From positions 92,938,001-93,002,000 of the forward strand of contig NC_043000.1 in assembly GCF_006345805.1 (NCBI RefSeq): a stretch of DNA of 64,000 nucleotides, given 5' to 3'. The notes under the pieces were generated by a model, which worked only from the letters and a program-made list of their open reading frames with translations, did not search any database and was not told the DNA's origin. Positions 51,500 through 63,782 of the stretch are shown in pieces. Every line of letters begins with the position of its first letter. The stretch's first letter is position 1. The DNA comes from Octopus sinensis (lineage: Eukaryota). The position numbers and the translations under genes are program-made.

Positions 51500-53005
51500 G
51501 AATATGACAGGTACAAAATAGGTATCATATGAGGCACTCCACTTGCCATTACTGTCTCTTTGGAGAGAGACAGTTATAACAAGTGGAAACTCAGGGAACT
51601 GTCTTGGATCCACTACTGCTTATGATAGCTCCCATCAGTTAAACAGACAGCCACATTCACTAGATATGTCAATAATACAAAAGTAGTGCAGGTAGTCAAA
51701 GAACCTTTCAATGCTAATCTTCTACAGAAAAACCCAGATGCCATGTAGAAATGGGCTAAAGAATGCAACATGTAATTTAATGCAGGAAAATACTGAACCT
51801 TCCCCTATCAACCAGCTTGTATTGACATGCCACAATAAAGATATTTTGAACTAAAAGGAACAGTAATCTCTGAGTCAAACGGTTTGTGATCTGAGGATTG
51901 ATATGAGCAGTGATACCTCATTTCATGTACGTATTACCAAAAGGTAAAAATGCACAGGCGAATGGATTCAGAGAAATTTGAGAACAAATGACCTGGAAAC
52001 ATTGCTGGTTCTATGGGACATTTGTTCTCAGATGTCTGGACTACTGCCCTCAAATGTAGTCATCCCACAGTGTGAAATAACTTGCAGAACTTGATGCAAT
52101 TCATCAATGCTACACCAGGAAGATTACATTAATGGAGCAGCTGAGCAACTGGGAGAGACTGAAAGAATGATCACTCTACTCCCTGGAGTGACGATGGGAG
52201 AAGTATGCTGTAATATACATATGGAAGATTCTGAAGGGTTGGCATCAAGAGTTATACCAGCCACTGGACTGGACGTTACTGCACTGTTCCAAAGGTCCCT
52301 TACAATAACTTGGAATTCAAAGGTCAACACTTATTTAATATTTTGCCAAAAAGTCAGCGAGCTGGCAGAATCGTTAGCATGCCGGGCGAAATGCTTAGAG
52401 GTATTTCATCTGTCACTTCGTTCTGGGTTCAAATTCCGCCGAGATCGACTTTGCCTTTCATCCTTTTGGAGTCGATTAAATAAGAACCAGTTACACACTG
52501 GGGTTGATATAATTGACTTAATCCGTTTGTCTGTCCTTGTTTGTCCTCTCTGTGTTTAGCCCCTTGTGGGTAGTAAAGAAATAGGTATTTCGTCTGTCTT
52601 TATGTTCTGAGTTCAAATTCTGCCAAGGTTGACTTTGCCTTTCATCATTTCAGGGTCGATATATTAAGTACCAGTTGCATACTGGCGTTGATCTAATCGA
52701 CTACCCCCACTTTCCAAAAACTTTGGGCCTTGTGCCAAAAGCAGAAAAGAATATTTTGCCAAAAATATGTGAGAGTTCTACATGGAGTGAGTGGGGAAGA
52801 TGTTTACAATAAACAACTTGATCTCCTGTCCAAGGTCTTAGATGAACCTACATCACTGTAAGAAACTCAAAAGTGGGCAACAATCTCAAACTCCCACCTT
52901 CACCAAAAGCCAATCACAAAAGATTGGCCATAGGAAAGGTGATGAAACTGGTGGTGCTCCAACATAGCCACGACCTTCGGGCTGAAACATGAAAGAATAA
53001 AAGAA
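51500..53005 (+). mobile_element. Degraded CR1/L2-group LINE: RT C-terminus and 3' tail, interrupted by a SINE-B dimer
   Basis: SG.(P)QGTVLDPLL at ~51575; LSNWERLKE..LYSLE.RWEKYAVIYIWKILKG..TGRYCTVPKVP at 52140-52300; tail GGTGCTCCAACATAGCCACGACCTTCGGGCTGAAAC-(AAAAGAAT)n. Confidence 0.75.
52350..52752 (+). mobile_element. SINE family B dimer (head + two bodies)
   Basis: Same linker as the 16816-17332 trimer (ATCCGTTTGTCTGTCCTTGTTTGTCCTCTCTGTGTTTAGCCCCTTGTGGGTAGTAAAGAAATAGGTATTTC). Confidence 0.85.
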
Positions 53006-53936
53006 TTTATATATGGTTGTAAGGTGAGAAGTTTGCTTCATAACCATATGGTTCCAGGTTCAATTCGACTGTGTGGCAACTTGAGTGGATTTGGTAAATG
53101 GAAACTGGAAGAAGCCTGTTGTATATGTGGCTTTGTGATTTTTGCCACTGTTTAAAATTATCTTTAAAAACTTTTTTAATGTATTGTATGGATGTAATTT
53201 TTGACACTGAATCCAAATTTGTTATTCATTTATTCCAGAAAAAATTTGCAAAAGTGTTACAGGTGTTTAAAGTTAGATAATATTCAGAATTTTCAGCCAA
53301 TCATTGCTTCTTGCATTATCGGGGGGAGGGGCAGGCATCGGCATGTCAAAACATTAAACTAGCTACAGTAAACAGTGAAAACAGGAAAACATTCGAGAGG
53401 AAATCAAATATTTAAAAGCTACGAACAAACCAACAAGACTTGTTAGAACTAGCAGTCAAAACATTAAAATATATATGAGCAAAGTTAACATTAAAAAGTC
53501 ACAAGTAAATTAAATATTTAAAAGCTACAAACAAACCAACAGGAGTTGCTAGAAACAACAGTCAAACATAGTTTGAAACAGACATTTCTTAGTTTTAAAA
53601 ATTCAAGAACGAAAGTTTGTAATACACTCTAGGATTTTATAAAATGAATTATCTTTCTTGTATCTCCTCCACATAGATTCACAAATATAAGAGTCAACCA
53701 TGCCCAGGTACTTTCAATTTGTTGAATGCGAGTCCTATTTGCTATGAAAACAAACAATTATAGAACAAATGTTGGTTACACTCCTTGTGTGTATGCACTG
53801 CATCTTCACAATCAGCTTTGGAATATGTGGTGCTTCTTTGCTTTGGTTACTATAGAAGCAGATTTCTTCACCATGGTAATGTCTAAAATACTCGATTCTG
53901 ATTGGCTACAATACCCAAATTTTGCAAATTTTAGGG

Positions 53937-54145
53937 ACTCTTTTACTCTTTTACTTGTTTCAGTCATTTGAATGTAGCCATGCTGGAGCACCGCCTTTAG
54001 TCGAGCAAATCGATCCCAGGACTTATTCTTTGTAAGCCTAGTCTCTTTTGCCGAACTGCTAAGTTACGGGGACGTAAACACTCCAGCATCAGTTGTCAAG
54101 CAATGTTGGGGGGACAAACAGACACAAACATATACACACACATAC

Positions 54146-54178
<33 letters not shown>

Positions 54179-54343
54179 CGATATGCTTCTTTCCGTTTCC
54201 GTCTACCAAATCCACACACAAGGTTTTGGTCGGCCCAAGGCTATAGTAGAAGACACTTGCCCAAGGTGCCATGCAGCGGGACTTAACCCAGAACCATGTG
54301 GTTGGTAAGCAAGCTACTTACCACACAGCCACTCCTACACCTA
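53937..54343 (-). mobile_element. Near full-length SINE family A copy
   Basis: Direct match to the family consensus seen in this window. Confidence 0.9.
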
Positions 54344-54842
54344 CAATACCACTAATAATTTTTCAATTGTGGAGTTATAGGAAAAATGAATTTCATTTTC
54401 ATAATTAGTATACAAAACTTAATCCATATGCCAAATTTGAAAACAATTGGAACAAAATTGTAAACAGTGATGAAAACCACAAAGATCCCAACCTTAAACT
54501 CCCTCCTTCACCAAAAGCCAGTCACAAAAGACTGTCCATTGAAAAGGTGGTAGCACTGGTGGAGCCCCAGCATGGCCTTCAGGCTTAAATGCTTGAAAGC
54601 ATAAAAGAACTTGTATATAAATGGTTGTTCGGTGAGAAGCTTGCTTCCTAGCCATATGGTTCCAGGTTCAATTCAACTATGTGACAACTTGCAGAAGTGT
54701 CTTCTACTATAGCCTCAGGCCAACGAAAGCCTTGTGAATGGATCTGGTAGACAGAAACTGAAAGAAACCCATCGTATATATATATATATATATATATAAA
54801 ATGAGATGATTGATTTAGATATATTTCTCCATTTTCTCATTT

Positions 54843-54880
<38 letters not shown>

Positions 54881-54889
54881 CGTATATAC

Positions 54890-54920
<31 letters not shown>

Positions 54921-55253
54921 TGTATGTATGTATGCATGTATATGCATGTGTGTGTGTATGTGTGTCTGTGTTTGTCCCCCTAATATTGCTCGACAACCGA
55001 TCTTAGTCCCTGTAAATTAGTGGTTCAGCAAAAGAGTTTGAACTAATAAGTACTAGGCTTACAAAGAATAAGTCATGGGGGCAACTTGCTCAACTAAAGG
55101 TAGTGCCCCAGCATGGCCGCAGTCAAATGACTTAAGCAAAAATGACAGAAAATAATACACACACACATATATAAATACACACACATATCTATGCACATAT
55201 ATATATACACACACACACATGTATGTATATATATATATACACGCAGCATATAT

Positions 55254-55413
55254 ATAGGTGTAGGAGTGGCTGTGTGGTAAGTAGCTTGCTTACGAACCAC
55301 ATGGCTCCAGGTTCAGTCCCACTGCGTGGCACCTTAGGCAAGTGTCTTCTATAGCCTTGGGTTGACCAAAGCCTTGTGAGTGGATTTGGCAGACAGAAAC
55401 TGAAAGAAGCCCG

Positions 55414-55449
<36 letters not shown>

Positions 55450-55580
55450 GTATGTGTGTGTATATGCTTGTGTGTCTGTGTTTGTTCCCCCCCCCCAACA
55501 TCACTTGACAACTGCTGCTGGCGGTGCTCCAGCATGGCCACAGTCAAATGACTGAAACAAGTAAAAGAGTAAAAGAGAGT
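55254..55580 (+). mobile_element. SINE family A copy with a ~110-bp internal deletion
   Basis: ACAACTGCTGCTGG is joined directly to CGGTGCTCCAGC. Confidence 0.85.
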
Positions 55581-56346
55581 ATATATATAAATACATATAT
55601 ATGTATATGTATATATGTATATGTATATATGTATATATATATGTATATATATATATATGTATATATATAATATGTATATATATATATATATCCACCCTTA
55701 AATCGATGCAAATGAAGTAAATTTCAGATAGTTGAAAGGTGGAGGGGAAAAAAATATTTGAAAACGTCTTATTGGAAAGATTTCTCAATTATGTAGAGTG
55801 GTCAACTGTATTAATCATTGCTTTAGAAAAGGTCAGAGGTATCGGGGGGTCGCACACAGATCCCTGTTTTTCATGAGGAAAGGTTAGAGGTGAGAGGTGA
55901 CCCTTTTCTCTACATCCACCTCCTTCTCCCTCTTACTATCCTATTTACTGTAGTGTGTGTGTGTGTGTGTGAGTGCATAGTGGGTGGGTGGAGGTGCTCT
56001 TTGTAACTGTGAAAGGAATATATTGTTATGTATGGATTAATTCACTTTCTGGCCAACAAGCGCTGGCCACATTCAGCCAATAACTAGTAATAGTGGTGGT
56101 GGTGGTGGCAATAGTGGTAGTGATAGTGGTGATGTTGGTATAGGTGCTGGCAGTGTTGGCAGTGTGGGCTGTAGTGTTGGTGATGGTGTTACTGTTGGCG
56201 TTTGCATAGACTGTATTGGCATCAATGGTAGTGGTGGCGGCAGTGGTAGCGGTGACAGTAGTAGAACTTGTTGTATAGCTATAGTAGTATCGTAATAGTA
56301 GTAATAGTAATTTTAGTAAGAGTAGTAATGGAGTAGTGGTGGCTTT

Positions 56347-56380
<34 letters not shown>

Positions 56381-56400
56381 GTAGTAGTAGTAGTAGCAGC

Positions 56401-56475
<75 letters not shown>

Positions 56476-56946
56476 TGAAGTAGTAGTAGTAGTAGTGGTG
56501 GAAGAAGTATTGGTGTTGGTGTTGTTGTTGGTGCTGCTTGTAACGGGGTTTAGGGAAGGAGAAATTAAGCAAGGTGTAGTGGTGTGATAAATGAAAAGAG
56601 GTTAAGATAGAGAGCGAGTGGGGAGAGAGAGGAGGAGAGAGAGGAGGAGAGAGAGAGATTGAGAGAGGATGAGTGAGAGAGAAAGAGGGAGAAAAAGAAA
56701 GGTGAGAATTTCATTGAGGGCAAGAGTGATGGCGGGGGGGGGGGATTTTGTTATGGGTGGAGGAGATGGGGAAATTCTTTGGTCAAATAGATATACAAAC
56801 ATCAGGAAAGATAGACAGACATAAAATGACAGGAAGGTTTATGGCCAGGTAGATAAAGGAAGGAAGGAAGGAAGGAGGGCAGGAAGGAAGGAAAGAAAGA
56901 AAGAATGGAAGATGATAAATGTTGATAGATTTATAGATACAAGAAG

Positions 56947-56994
<48 letters not shown>

Positions 56995-57039
56995 AACAGA
57001 CAAATAGACAAAGACAGACAGACTGAGAGACAGATAGAT

Positions 57040-57074
<35 letters not shown>

Positions 57075-57154
57075 AGATACAGCAGTATGTTAGTGAGAGA
57101 GTGTGTTAAGTGAGAGTAATTGAGAAATAGGGTAATGAGGTAAAGAAAGAGAGG

Positions 57155-57224
<70 letters not shown>

Positions 57225-57285
57225 TTAGATAGATAGATATTTAGATAGATAGATAGATAGAGATAGATAGATAGATAGATAGATA

Positions 57286-58580
57286 TGTTTCTTTATTAGC
57301 CACACAGGGCTGCACACAGATAGAACAAATACAAGTAGAGCTTTCTTTTGAAGGTATTAAAAAAAAAAAAAAAAAAAAAAAGGAAGGGGGAGGTTCGATC
57401 AAAAGGGATCGTAAAAGGAGAGAAAGAGGACAAAAAAAAAGGGGGGTTAAAAAAAAAAAAAAAAAAAGGGGGGAGAGGAAAAAAAATGATCAATAGGGAT
57501 CGTTATCACAGAAATGTCAATATGAAGTGTAAAGGGGAGGACAGGTGAGGTTTACCCGTGGAAAGAAAAGCCTGCGGAAAAGACCACGGTAACCTCGGTC
57601 AATGAAGTCACATTTTATATTTCTTTTTTTTTTTTTTTTTTTTTGCAAATAAGCAACTCTCTGTTTTCGATTTCTGGGTTCATAGGACTATGCTCAAGGT
57701 GGCTTCGTCATTCATACGTGCCATTCTTGCTACATTCACCCATCTTTTTTTAAAACATTCGCTAGACAAAACTTGCCTCTCTACTCTCACTTTCCTTTTC
57801 AAGTGGTACTTGAAGAAGTTGATGAGAGATTGACCAGAGAGGAAAGTGTTTGTCTCCAATCCTTTCAGACGCGTCCACCAGATACATTCTTTCGCCATAG
57901 CCACAAGGATGATGAAAATAGCTCTTCCTTCCCGTTTGAAGGAAGGAGGCGTGACAATATTGACGATAGACTCAGCTGATAAACCGACTCGTCCCACACG
58001 TGACAGCAGTTGTTCGACATAAGCCCACAGGTCGGAAATTGTTGGACACTGAACGAGTGCGTGCAGAACGGTTTCGTCGCTCTGACCGCATCTCGGGCAG
58101 GTCGGCCCCGTGTTTCTCGAGCCGTGTCTGTAGAGCTTATCCCGAACGGGTAGCGCTTCTCGGTAGCACTGCCAGGCCAGGGATCTCTGGAAGTTGTCCA
58201 TGGGCCCTGGCCCGAAAGTCGTCCCGAACAGGCGGGTCAGGTACTCCTCGTCGACGTCCAGGTTCGCCCCGAGCTCGTCGTCGTACCTCCCCTCCACTAA
58301 ACCCCTATAGAATGCTTTGGTTGTGTTGAAGTCATTAAGGTCGACCCAGGACGGCAGAGTTGCTTGAGAGCAACGCGACACTCGCGGTGCCATTCGCCCT
58401 TCCTCGGCCTCTTTTTGATCCACGACTGCAGTTCGGTCATGGAGACGAGCTGCGGGAAAGCGTGCCTCACAAACGGCGACCACACCTGTTCACCGTCGTC
58501 TACATAGAGCCAGAGATGTCGCAGTCTCAGCACGTGTCTGCGCATCATCAACCACGGCATGCCCAGCCCTCCTTTTAACA
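57286..58580 (-). mobile_element. 5'-truncated, young Tx1/L1-clade retrotransposon: ORF2 C-terminus with zf-RVT CCHC finger, inserted in (GATA)n
   Basis: KGGLGMP...LRLRHL; FQRSLAWQCYREALPV; CPRCGQSDETVLHALVQC; C-terminal LKRKVRVER...FKKRW. One apparent frameshift near 58335. GC/CpG-rich. 3' end AATAAAGAAACA abuts (TATC)n. Confidence 0.92.
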
Positions 58581-58609
58581 TAGATAGATAGATTAGATAG
58601 ATAGATAGA

Positions 58610-58734
<125 letters not shown>

Positions 58735-58779
58735 AACAGACAAATAGACAAAGACAGACAGACTGAGAGACAGATAGAT

Positions 58780-58891
<112 letters not shown>

Positions 58892-59835
58892 AGATACAGC
58901 AGTATGTTAGTGAGAGAGTGTGTTAAGTGAGAGTAATTGAGAAATAGGGTAATGAGGTAAAGAAAGAGAGGTAGATAGATAGATAGACAGATAGATAGAT
59001 AGATAGTTAGATAGATAGATAGAGATAGATAAATAGATAGATAGACAGATAGATAGATAGAGAGAGAGAGAGAGAGTGAGTGAGAATGTGATAATGAAAA
59101 TTGTTAAGATAAATAATAAACATACAAATGATAGAGAGAAACTGTAAAGCAAAATAAGAGAGAGAGAGTGGTGAGAGAGAAAGTGAGGGTGAGAGAATCA
59201 TGGGAAAAGATTGGAGTGAAGTCTGGTGGAACCCTCATCTTATCAAGTCAGTATTTCTTTAATAAAGAAGAAAGAAGGAAGAAATAAGCAGTGCACTAAA
59301 TGACCTAAAAATGACTTTTATCAATAGATATTCATTAAGTTCATGTGTTTATTGAGCAGAAATATGATAACTAGTTTTTGAATTACCTCCAAGTTTGTAA
59401 CAACAACAACAGTAGCAACAGCAGCAGCAGTGACAAGCAGCAAGCAATAGAGATAGCAGTAATGGTAGTGGCATGTCCTTCTGACTTCCATCTGGTGCCA
59501 GACTAGAGGAACTAGACTACTTTTCCGTGAAAGGAGCAATTCAAAGAATTACATTGGAAGCATTTAGGAGTGGTAGAATTTGTAGAACATTAGATTAAAT
59601 GCCTTGTGGTGATTTAATCATGTCCATTTTATGTTCTGCATCCGAATCAGACTGAGGTTGACTTTGCCTTACTGTTTAGTGTTGTTGATGTCGTTCATTT
59701 GCTCTTGTTTAGCCATAGGTTAGAATTGATTTCACAGATTTATGATCACAGACACTGCAGCTATGGCCAACCACTTTTCTATTCTGGTGTTTGTGTATGT
59801 ATGTGTATATATGTATGTATATATACATATATATA

Positions 59836-60034
59836 TGTGACCACGTGTGTATCATTGGCGATTTTCTTTCCCCGTCTTCCCTTCCTTGAACCTTTCCTTT
59901 TCTATGTTTCTGATGAAGAGCTCCACATGAAATGTTAAATCCTCCTTCTTTCTTTCCTTTCGTGAGTGTTTAATAGTACTATACTTGTTCCTTGTCCTTG
60001 TGTTGTTATGTTTTCTCTTTGTTCATGTTTGGAT

Positions 60035-60038
<4 letters not shown>
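59836..60038 (+). mobile_element. ~200-bp hammerhead-bearing element (same family as 49848)
   Basis: 59906-59940: guuu-CUGAUGA-A-GAGC-ucc-acau-GAAAU-GUU-aaau. Confidence 0.7.
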
Positions 60039-60118
<80 letters not shown>

Positions 60119-60186
60119 AAATTAGAATTCAAAACACGGAGATGTAGCAGTAATATAGTTTATTAACTGCAAAAGTTCAACATATT

Positions 60187-60270
60187 CTCTTACAGCTGTT
60201 TCGATTTTGCCCAAAGAACTAAATTCCAGTAATCAAAAACATTATATTGGGCAAAATCTCATCAAAAGAG
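60187..60270 (-). ncRNA. Type-I hammerhead-ribozyme-like motif with a perfect 12-bp stem II (Penelope-type terminus)
   Basis: cucuu-UUGAUGA-GAUUUUGCCCAA-(32 nt)-UUGGGCAAAAUC-GAAAC-AGCU-GUA-agag; C3 is replaced by U. Confidence 0.6.
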
Positions 60271-60462
60271 TAGAAAAGACATACCGTTAGTTTATTGGTG
60301 GTTATGCTACCAAATACTACAGCTCCATTTTCTGAATTTTAATTTGAATATTTATAAACTAAGATTTATATTTAAACCTATTACTTTATGAATATTATCA
60401 TTCACAAAAAATAATAGGTAATGAACCAATAATTCACTGGATATTTAAACACATATATATAT

Positions 60463-61112
60463 ATAGACATTATTAAAGTGACAGAAGGTACAAAGTGGTA
60501 CCAGTATTGCTAGAAATGAGAATCAAGCCAACTCATTAGCCACAAGAGCACTATCTTAATAAGCTGACAAGGGAGACAAACCTCCCTTCAGTTGCAGACA
60601 TAGCCATATTACTGGTGATTTAGAATTTTGATGCAGAGCATCTTAATTCTCATTGGTGGTTCTTACCATGCCTAGGGTTAAGCTCAACTCATCTTGTCAA
60701 CATATAAGAAGAACCTTTGAAAATATGTCCTGATTTCAAAAATGGTAAAAGTGAAGACTATAAGTGATATGGATGGGTTATTAGCAATTTATCGACCTGA
60801 AGGCAAATTTATAGACATCACTAAAGTGATAAAAAAGTACAAAATGGTACCAGCATTACTAGAAATGAGAGCACTATCTTAATAATCTGTCAAGAGAGGC
60901 AAAGTTCCATACAATCACAGACATAGCCATATCACCGGTGAATTTGAATTTTGATGCAGAGCATCTTGTACTTGATGAGGTGGGTTGATCTTAACCCTAG
61001 GCATGGTAAATGCCACCAATGAGGATTAAGATGCTCTGCATGCATCAAAATTTGAAATCCCCGGTGATATAGCTATATCTGAAGCCGTAGGGAGCTTTGT
61101 CTCTCTTGTCTT
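60463..61112. repeat. Three copies of an unclassified ~170-230-bp repeat: two direct and one inverted
   Basis: ATAGACAT...GGTACCAG...GCACTATCTTAATAA...GACATAGCCATAT...AATTTTGATGCAGAGCATCTT at 60463 and 60811; inverse at 60974-61110. Confidence 0.7.
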
Positions 61113-62064
61113 GTCTTTCCAATACGACGTTTTCCATTGACAAAAGTTCAATTCCTTGTGCAACACCATATGTATTTTGCATGTTGTAAATCTTGTGCAT
61201 GTCTTGTGCATGTTGTGAGCGGCTTGATGTGCTGATTTTTGTGGGCTGTGGTTAAACATTTCCTACACTTATCAGGATGTGGTTGGATGGTCACTGCGAG
61301 CATACAAGAAAATGGGTTTTAAATGATGTTGATTATGTTGTTGGTGGTGATGATACTGTTCATCAATTTACAATCTTTTCGGAATACTAGCACTCTGTCA
61401 GTTATGAGGACCAGGGTTCCAGTTGATCCGATCAACAGAACAGCCTGCTCATGAAATTAACAGGCAAGTACCTGAGCACTTTACAGGCATGCATAACCCT
61501 AATGTAGTTCTCAGAGAGATTCAGCATGGCACAGAATGTGACATGGCTGGTTCTTTGAAATACAGGTGCAACTCATTTTTGCCAGCTGAGTGGACTGGAG
61601 CAAAGAGAAATAAAGTGTCTTGCTCAAGGTTATAATGCATCACCGAGAATTGAACTCATGACTTTTCGATTTGAAGCCAATTACCCGAACTACTAGGCTA
61701 CATGCTTTCACAGTTTTTGGAGCACATTAAACATATAAATTCAGAGAAAGATTAATATTGTATGGATAATGATAAGAGCAAAAATTAAAGCTATCAATAT
61801 TAATTAGATTAGTTAATATAAATTAATATAAAAAAAAAACATCCAATTTTACCATTCATGGTATATTGCCAAATTCACAATTTCATATAATAAGTTATGA
61901 ATCAGAACAGCCAGCTTTTATTTATGATTGAAAAATCTTTACATTTTTGTCATTCATTTCTTCTATCATCTACATAGGGTTTTGTTGCTACTTTGTTTTC
62001 ATTTCCAATATTTGTAGTATTGAAGGGGTATCATGTGTGTTGGGCTTATTATTTTGGGTAAAAT

Positions 62065-62891
62065 AAAAGTGGCAGAATCGTTAGCGCACTAGACAAAATG
62101 CTTAGCAGTATTTCGCCTGTTGCTACATTCTGGGTTCAAATTCTGCCAAGGTCGACTTTACTCTTCATCCTTTCGAGGTTGATAAAATAAGTACCAGTTG
62201 AACATTGGGGATTGATGTAATCTCCTTCTAAATTGCTGCCCTTGTGGCAATATTTGAAACCATTATTTGGGGCAAAATAAGGTGATGAACTGGCAGAATT
62301 GTTAACAAGCTGGGCAAACTACATAGTAGCATTTCATCCATCTTTATGTTCCGAGTTCAAATGCTACCGAGGTCAACTTTGCCTTTCATCCTTTCAGGGC
62401 CAATAAAATAGGTACCATTTGAACATTAGATTTGATATATTGACTTATCCTCTTCCCTGAAAACGCTAGCCTCAAGCAAGAATTTGTAATTATTATTTTG
62501 GGTAATGTGAAAGCGGTGAACTGAGAAAATCATTAGCATGCTTAGCGGTATTTCGTGTCTTTACATTCTGAGTTCAAATTTCTGCCTAGGTTAACTTTAC
62601 CTTTCATTCTTTCAGGGTCAATAAATTAAGTACCAGTTGCACACTGAAGTAAATTTAATTGACTGGCCCCCTCCCCCAAAATTTCGGTCCTTGTGCCTAG
62701 AGTAGAAAAGTATCGCTAGCATGTCAGGCAAAATACTTTGCAGTATTTCGTCTATCTTTATTTTCTAAGTTCAAATTCCACCAAGGTCAACTTGCCTTTC
62801 ATCCTTTAGGGGTCGATAAATTAAGTACCAGTTGCGTACTGGGGTCGATCTAAGTGACTGGCTCCCTCCCACCGAATTTCAGGCCTTGTGC
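62065..62891 (+). mobile_element. Head-to-tail array of about five SINE family B units; the array resumes at 63788
   Basis: Repeated heads at ~62068, 62280, 62510 and 62712, most preceded by TTATTTTGGG(T/C)AA. The last body is cut after CCTTGTGC. Confidence 0.85.
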
Positions 62892-63096
62892 TAAATTTGA
62901 AAAACCAGAGAGGACGGTAAATGGTAAAATCCGAGTTACAGTCAAAGTTGCTGGTAAAGGTGTTTATAATGGTGTTGGACGGAATTATCGCATTGCAAAG
63001 AGTGCTGCTGCCAAAAAAGCTTTGAGAATCCTTAAAACTATGCAGTCTCAGGGCTTCATTGCTCAACTGTCAAATGAAAGGATGATGCAAGGATAA
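62890..63096 (+). pseudogene. Dicer1: Dicer C-terminal dsRBD fragment; probable 5'-truncated retrocopy
   Basis: [48 protein letters not shown] aligns without gaps to the metazoan Dicer-1 C-terminus (human [48 protein letters not shown], recalled). No upstream Dicer exons were seen, and the ORF's N-terminal part is SINE sequence. Confidence 0.85.
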
Positions 63097-63392
63097 CCTG
63101 AATAGATTGCTAATCAAGGTACATCTGTGATTCCATAATCAGCCATGCGTATCACGGCATGGCTGCAGATCATTGTTTCAACTACTTGGCACTGAGTGTA
63201 TGTGTATATATTTGCTTAATTTGTGTGTGTGTGTGGTGGAGAGTTTGGGTGCATGAGAGAGAGAGAGAGAAACAAAGTTTAATTTGTATGTAAGAAGTAA
63301 TCAAGGTTTAATGTCAGATAATGAGTAGTAAGTGTGTTTATGATATAATAATTATTTTTAATTTATGAGTGAATCTTTGCATTTTTCTGGGT

Positions 63393-63782
63393 AATGACAT
63401 GGGACGTTGGTAATGATCATGCTCGAGTGGTGCCCTTTTACGTGCCACAGGTACTGGCTTCCGTACCTATGGCATGTAAAAGGGCGCCATTCGAGCGTGA
63501 TCATTACCAACGTCGCTTCACTGACACCTATGCCGGTGGCACATGTAAAAAGATTCGAGTGAGGTCATTGCCAGTACCGCCTGACTGCCCCCCCCCGTGC
63601 CGGTGGCACGTAAAAAGCACCCATTACACTCTCGGAGTGGTTGGCGTTAGGAAGGGCATCCAGCTGTAGAAACTCTGCCAGATCACGATTGGAGCCTGGT
63701 TCTCCAGCCCTCAGTCAAAATCGTCCAACCCATGCTAGCATGGAAAGCGGACTTTAAATGATGATGATGATGATGATGATGA
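63393..63782 (+). mobile_element. SINE family C (RTE-type tail) ending in (ATG)n
   Basis: GGTGGCACGTAAAAAGCACC...GGAAGGGCATCCAGCTGTAG...CATGCTAGCATGGAAAGCGGAC...(ATG)n. Confidence 0.9.

Noticed and set aside
53285-53915. Possible non-autonomous DNA element bounded by AGCCAATCA/TGATTGGCT
   Set aside because: Only a 9-bp inverted match and no clear TSD; cannot be classified.
56090-56590. Val/Gly/Ser-rich ORFs (Thr/Pro-rich on the minus strand)
   Set aside because: Degenerate (GGT/AGT/GCA)n microsatellite.
62854-62889. N-terminal [12 protein letters not shown] of the Dicer-like ORF as a real start
   Set aside because: It is SINE-B 3' sequence; the 'M' is a GTG within the SINE.
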